Assembly (NCBI GenBank): GCA_030704615.1
Contig: CM060731.1
Location: forward strand, 26,412,001-26,476,000
DNA from: Takakia lepidozioides
Lineage: Eukaryota > Plantae > Bryophyta
Length of the DNA stretch: 64,000 nucleotides
Direction: 5' to 3'
In this document: positions 59,301 through 64,000 of the stretch, piece after piece
Layout of the letters: each line of letters begins with the position of its first letter
Numbering within the stretch: the first letter of the stretch is position 1
Program-made: the position numbers and the translations under genes
Notes under the pieces: generated by a model
The model's input: the letters and a program-made list of their open reading frames with translations, nothing else
Told to the model about the DNA's origin: nothing
Database searches by the model: none

Positions 59301-62300
59301 TTATGCATTTTGGCCCTTGCACTCTACCATCCGTAGAAGACGTGACCTTCTGTTGTTGGATGTGTTTGTGCAAGGAAGGTTGGCAAGGGAGTGCTGACCT
59401 ATGCCTCTCAGGAGGTGAAGGACCTGTATAGTTTGCTTGAAAATGAGTTTCATCCTCTGGACCTTGCCTCAAAGGCTGAGCCATTAATGGCAAAGCTTTC
59501 TAAGCTAAGTGACAAGCTGTCATCTGCATCACCAGTTCCAGAAGTGCAACTGGAGCAGTATGTACCTGCGCTGGAGAAGCTGACCACTCTGAGAGTACTA
59601 CAGCAGGTAGGACATCTTTGCCCCCTGCTTGTGTTCTTTCCCCAGGAGATGATCTTCTTCGCTAAGAAGCTGTGTGTCTGGTCCAACCCCAATGGTCTTG
59701 TTATTAGCAATGTTATTCCAGGAGAACTTCCTCTTTCTCTGATGGTTCTTGTCACTGTACTCATGTTGCAAAGAGAGCCTCCGTGTATAAATTTGAGAGC
59801 CTGCAGACTTGAGGATTTCCATACAGAATACTGGGCTATTGCCAAGTTTGGAATCATTAGAAGTTTTCTTAATTCCTTTGTTGTTGTAGAAGGTGATATT
59901 ATAGCAATATGATAGTAATGCAGTTTTCTAGTTGAGAGGTCAGCAATGAAGGTGCAGAATCCTGTAATTGATGGCCTTAAGAGGAGACCTGCATGGGGGC
60001 CTGTCTTATGGATTGCTGACTCGAACCTTCAAAGCGGCCCCAGTAGAGAATCTTTCTGAATTTGAAGTTTGAAGGTTCTGATCGGACGGAAAACAGATGG
60101 AGCTTGGTCTTTGCTCTAAAACATGGAAATATCTGGAAAAACAGCTAGAGTTTTCGGGATGGAGGCTCCTTGGGATCTTGTTATCTGCATCTTAGTGCCA
60201 ACATACTTTTGCATGTCTTGATGTCAAGTTATGTAATTTGATGGCAGTTCTTCTTTGTAGTTTCAGGCCTTGGATGGGTCCTAAGGTGTGTTTGCTGGTC
60301 ACTTTTGGGGACAGGTATCACAAGTCTATCAGACAATGAAGATTGGCAATTTGACCAAGATGATCACATTCTTCGACTTCTCAGTGGTGGAGAAGTTGGC
60401 TGTTGATGCTGTGAAGTACAACTATGTTCAAGTTAAGATTGATCATCTGAAAGGAGTCGTCAGCTTTGGCAGTCAGGTGAGCTTTTTAGAAACTTCTTCG
60501 GATGTTTTTTGACTTGTTTGTGTGAGGGGATGCCCTGCCTCTTGTGACTTGCTTGGGAATCCATTATAATTGGTTGCTACAATTAGTGTGTATTTCAAGT
60601 GGCGGGGAATTCGCTTGCAGCATGTAGATGTTGGTCGGTTGCACCACCATTGTAGTGTAGAATAGTAGCTTCCCTCTCCGGGAAAAGTTTTCCCAACAGT
60701 TCCAGTGCAAGTGTGAGAGGTGCTGCTTATGGATGTTGCCTTGCTGTCACAACGAAAGTTTCTTCGAAGAGATCATCAGCTTAAGTACAGAGGGCTTTCA
60801 TCGGCAGAGGTACTTTCCGTCACTGCTAAAGTATGTCGCAAAACTGAGGTATGGATGCCCTCTCTAATGGTTGGTTGCTATGTGTGTCCCAGGATTTGGA
60901 GTCAGAGAAAATAAAGAACCACCTTACTATTCTGGCGAAGCGCTTTAACAAGGCTATTAGCCTTATCCGGCCTCCTGTTCTTGAAAGGGCATCCAGACAG
61001 AGTCAGCCTTTCGCAGAGCTTCAAGCCATTGTGGAAAAGGAGCATAAGAAGCTTTTGGCACGCAAGGTTCTTATTGAGCGTCGCAAAGAAGAACAAGAGC
61101 GGCAGATGCTTGAAATGGTGTGTAAGATTGTTGCACTTTACATGGCTACATGTTCCAAGTGTTGCTCAGTTACATTTTAGTCTGAGTTTGATGGTCCCTT
61201 TTGCCTTCTCCACCTTCTCAATGTGCACAACTGTTTCCACAGGCAAGTATATGCTGTTCTAGAAGTACCTAGCACCCACCACAAGTCTGGTTCCAATGTT
61301 GTACGTGTCATTTTGGGTTTATAGTATCTCTGAAGAGCGCTCTGTTTGCAAATTGCCTTTTTACTCTTTGTATATCAGATACGGGTTTCTCTATTCCATG
61401 GTGTATACAAAAGCTTCTCATGGAAGTTTCTGTCTGTTTTGATGTATGGTTCATTGCAAGGGTCCCCTTGCGGTTCCTCCTGATTGTAACATCAGGCTGT
61501 TCATTTGAAATCATGAGTGCGAGTTTGAAGTGACAGTAAGCGGGATGGAGCATAAATCCAATTCGAAGTTCGAAATGTCCTAAGTAATAGTAAGCTGTCC
61601 TATTTGCCAAACTTTCAAGTAGTTAAGGGTCAAATGGAATCATAAAATTTGACTGCACAGTGCTTTTTGGGTGTATAGGAACGGGAGGAAGAGTCAAAGA
61701 GGTTGAAACAGCAACGGCTGACAGAGGAGGCAGAGGCCAAGAGACTAGCAAATGAGTCAGCCAGGCGAGAGGAGGCAAGGATTCGGAAGGAGATTGAGGA
61801 AAAAGAGCTGGAGGAAGCAAAACTTTTACTTGCCGAGGCTGAGAAGCGGAAAGGCAAAAAAGGGAAGAAGGGTGCAGCAGATGGAGTGAGTATTTGGCTC
61901 TCCACCTTTCCTTTTTATTATAACCTCTTGAGCCCCTCCATTGCTGGAGATAAAGAGGGTTGTTGGGCCTACAAGCTACCGAAATTCAAGAATTACGACA
62001 TTGCATCAAAGCCTTTCCACATATCCCCCAACGGTTCTTCAATTTTCTGGATGTAGGTTCAGCTGTACATATATTTTGTATCGTTTGTTATCACCCTGGG
62101 TGCTATGAGAAGCTTCCTCAAATTTACATGATAAGACTCCAGTCTCCTGCAGCTGATAGACAAGAAACAGTTTGTCTCATTTTCATCTGTGTCCTTCGAC
62201 ATCAATTTACATGGTTGCCATGAATTGTGGAGTGAATCAATCCAATTATCCCCAGAGTCTTGGAGAAATCAGGAGGGATGGATGGGGAGGCTCAGCTATA

Positions 62301-64000
62301 ATTCTGTGGACTTGCAGGAAGTGACGAAACTGACAAAGCAGATCCTTATTGAGGAGGCGTTGTCTGAGCAAATGAAGGAGCGCGCAGAAATGGAGCGCAA
62401 GCTGCAGAAACTTTCCAAAACCATGGACCATCTAGAACGTGCAAAGCGAGAGGAGGAAAGACCTTTGATTGAGGAGGCTCATCTCAAACGTCTCCAGGAT
62501 GATGAAATGTTCTATGAAGATCAGCAAAGAGTAAGGCTTTTGTATGTAGATAGGGATGGAGATATAATTGAACTGGTATGTGTGCATGTCTTCTGGATTG
62601 TTAGCAAGCTTCCCTTTTGAGCAAGTGAAAATGACAGGTTCTTTTGGGATCTGCAGCAAGCAATTGAGCAGAGTCAGAAACAGCATGCCACAGATTTGCA
62701 GGAGAAGAACAGGCTCATTCGCATGATTGATGATAAGGTACTGTTCCTTTTGCTCTATTGCATGTGGTCATCCTTTTCACTGTCAGCTGGGGTGCTATTC
62801 AAATTATCCGTTCGGCAAGTGTCTGTTTTGCTCGCGCGATTCTCACATTCACAGTGAAGCAAGCCATTGTGCATGTGTGGTTGTATCTCTTGGTCCACCT
62901 ACCTTGGTGATATGGTTCAGCTAGTCTGACTAGGTCTATGCAGGCAATATGTTACATTGTGACCTTTCTGTCTGAGACGGAAATTTATCTTCCTTGGTAA
63001 CCTGACAATAACAGAGTCAAGGAGTTTGAGGGATTCGTCACTCAGAGTTGTCTGACATAAAGGACATTGTAACCGTTTGTGCACGTTGGAGCAGAATGTA
63101 TTTCAGTTGCAAGTCATCAGTCACAGAAGGGGTGAGTTTGAGAGGTTGAAATATGAGCGTGAAGAGAGGCTTGCGAAGAACCGTGCATTGAGGTCCCAGG
63201 ATAGGGTACTGCGACGCAAGCAAGAATACTACAGAAGGCAAGAGGAAGCTCGTTTGCTCAAGATCCTCGAGGAAGAAGAGGCTCGGAAGAGGGAAGGTGA
63301 GGCTTTCCTATCTGTTAGAAAGTTCTTTCTTCCTCATAAAGTGGATAAATTCGATTGTATTGTCTGACAAGCTTTAGGCTTTTCTAGTAGTCTTCTATAT
63401 GCTTTCACTTCAAGTGAACCAGAGTTGATTAGCCAACAGGGGAGCATGTCAGTCTAAGCACTTCTGGTGGGCTTGATGTTCTCCATGCAGAGGAAGAGCG
63501 GAAGCGCAAAGAGGAGGCAGAGCGGCGGGCTAAGCTGGATGAGATTGCTGCAAAACAGCGACAGCGGGAGCTTGAGGCAGAAGAGAGAGACACTCGTGAT
63601 CGGGAAGCATTGCGTTTGAAAATTGAAGAAAACAAGCCTGGAAAATTCATTCCCCCGTCTTTGCGAAAGAGACTTGAAAGTGAGGAACCCAAGCGGGATG
63701 AGTTTGCTGCAAAACAGCGACAGCGGGAGCTTGAGGCAGAAGAGAGAGACACTCGTGATCGGGAAGCATTGCGTTTGAAAATTGAAGAAAACAAGCCTGG
63801 AAAATTCATTCCTCCCTCTTTGCGAAAGAGACTTGAAAGTGAGGAACCCAAGCGGGGCAGTGTATCCACCTCTGATAACTGGAATGATCGACGGGGGCGG
63901 TATGGCACGAGTTTCCGTGATGGACCACCCCCTCATTTAGGGCGCCCCTTTGCAGGTGCAGGAGGAAGGGCTGAGGATCGCTGGGGTTCCAGTGGGTTTG
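56356..64000 (+). CDS. eIF3a: Eukaryotic translation initiation factor 3 subunit A, multi-exon, runs off the window
   Basis: [15 protein letters not shown] / [37 protein letters not shown] / ..[17 protein letters not shown] / [12 protein letters not shown]; PCI region and E/R-rich coil; GT-AG introns (exons 56356-56401, 56500-56975, 57470-57685, 58085-58452, ...). Confidence 0.96.
63537..63855 (+). repeat. 159-bp (53-aa) in-frame tandem duplication in eIF3a
   Basis: DE(I/F)[50 protein letters not shown] twice, near identical. Confidence 0.92.

Noticed and set aside
2584-64000. Numerous short antisense or overlapping ORFs in the six-frame track
   Set aside because: Shadows of the real CDSs or repeats; no independent support.

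Overview
Eukaryotic land-plant DNA; the host proteins look bryophyte-like, but the species cannot be fixed from sequence alone. The left half (1-33.5 kb) is a nest of transposons. The right half holds three spliced host genes (INCENP/WYRD-like, NASP-like histone chaperone, eIF3a) plus LINE remnants. The standout is a young 12.5-kb Ty3/Gypsy-type retrotransposon (1895-14377, minus strand, TGTC...GACA ends, 4-bp TSD TGTA) inserted into a hAT transposase. Instead of two LTRs it has split direct repeats (B-internal-A-B-A), as in tyrosine-recombinase PAT/Ngaro elements, although it encodes a DDE integrase. Its internal A|B junction is the palindrome GACA-GC-TGTC, i.e. the two element ends joined, which suggests integration of a circular intermediate. 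It has no tRNA primer site but a Tf1-like self-complementary one. It encodes an intact C5 DNA methyltransferase between protease and RT, separated from RT-RNaseH-integrase-PHD by a single TAG in a CARYYA readthrough context. Its leader carries intronless copies of two host genes (COX5B and a FAX/TMEM14 gene). The interrupted host element appears to be a large, decayed multigene DNA transposon (hAT transposase, orphan ORF, RING-H2 protein, cryptic protein kinase) with GCGACC palindrome clusters and 120-bp satellites. A second, decayed Gypsy carries a dUTPase-like domain between protease and RT. All domain calls are by motif recognition; no searches were run.
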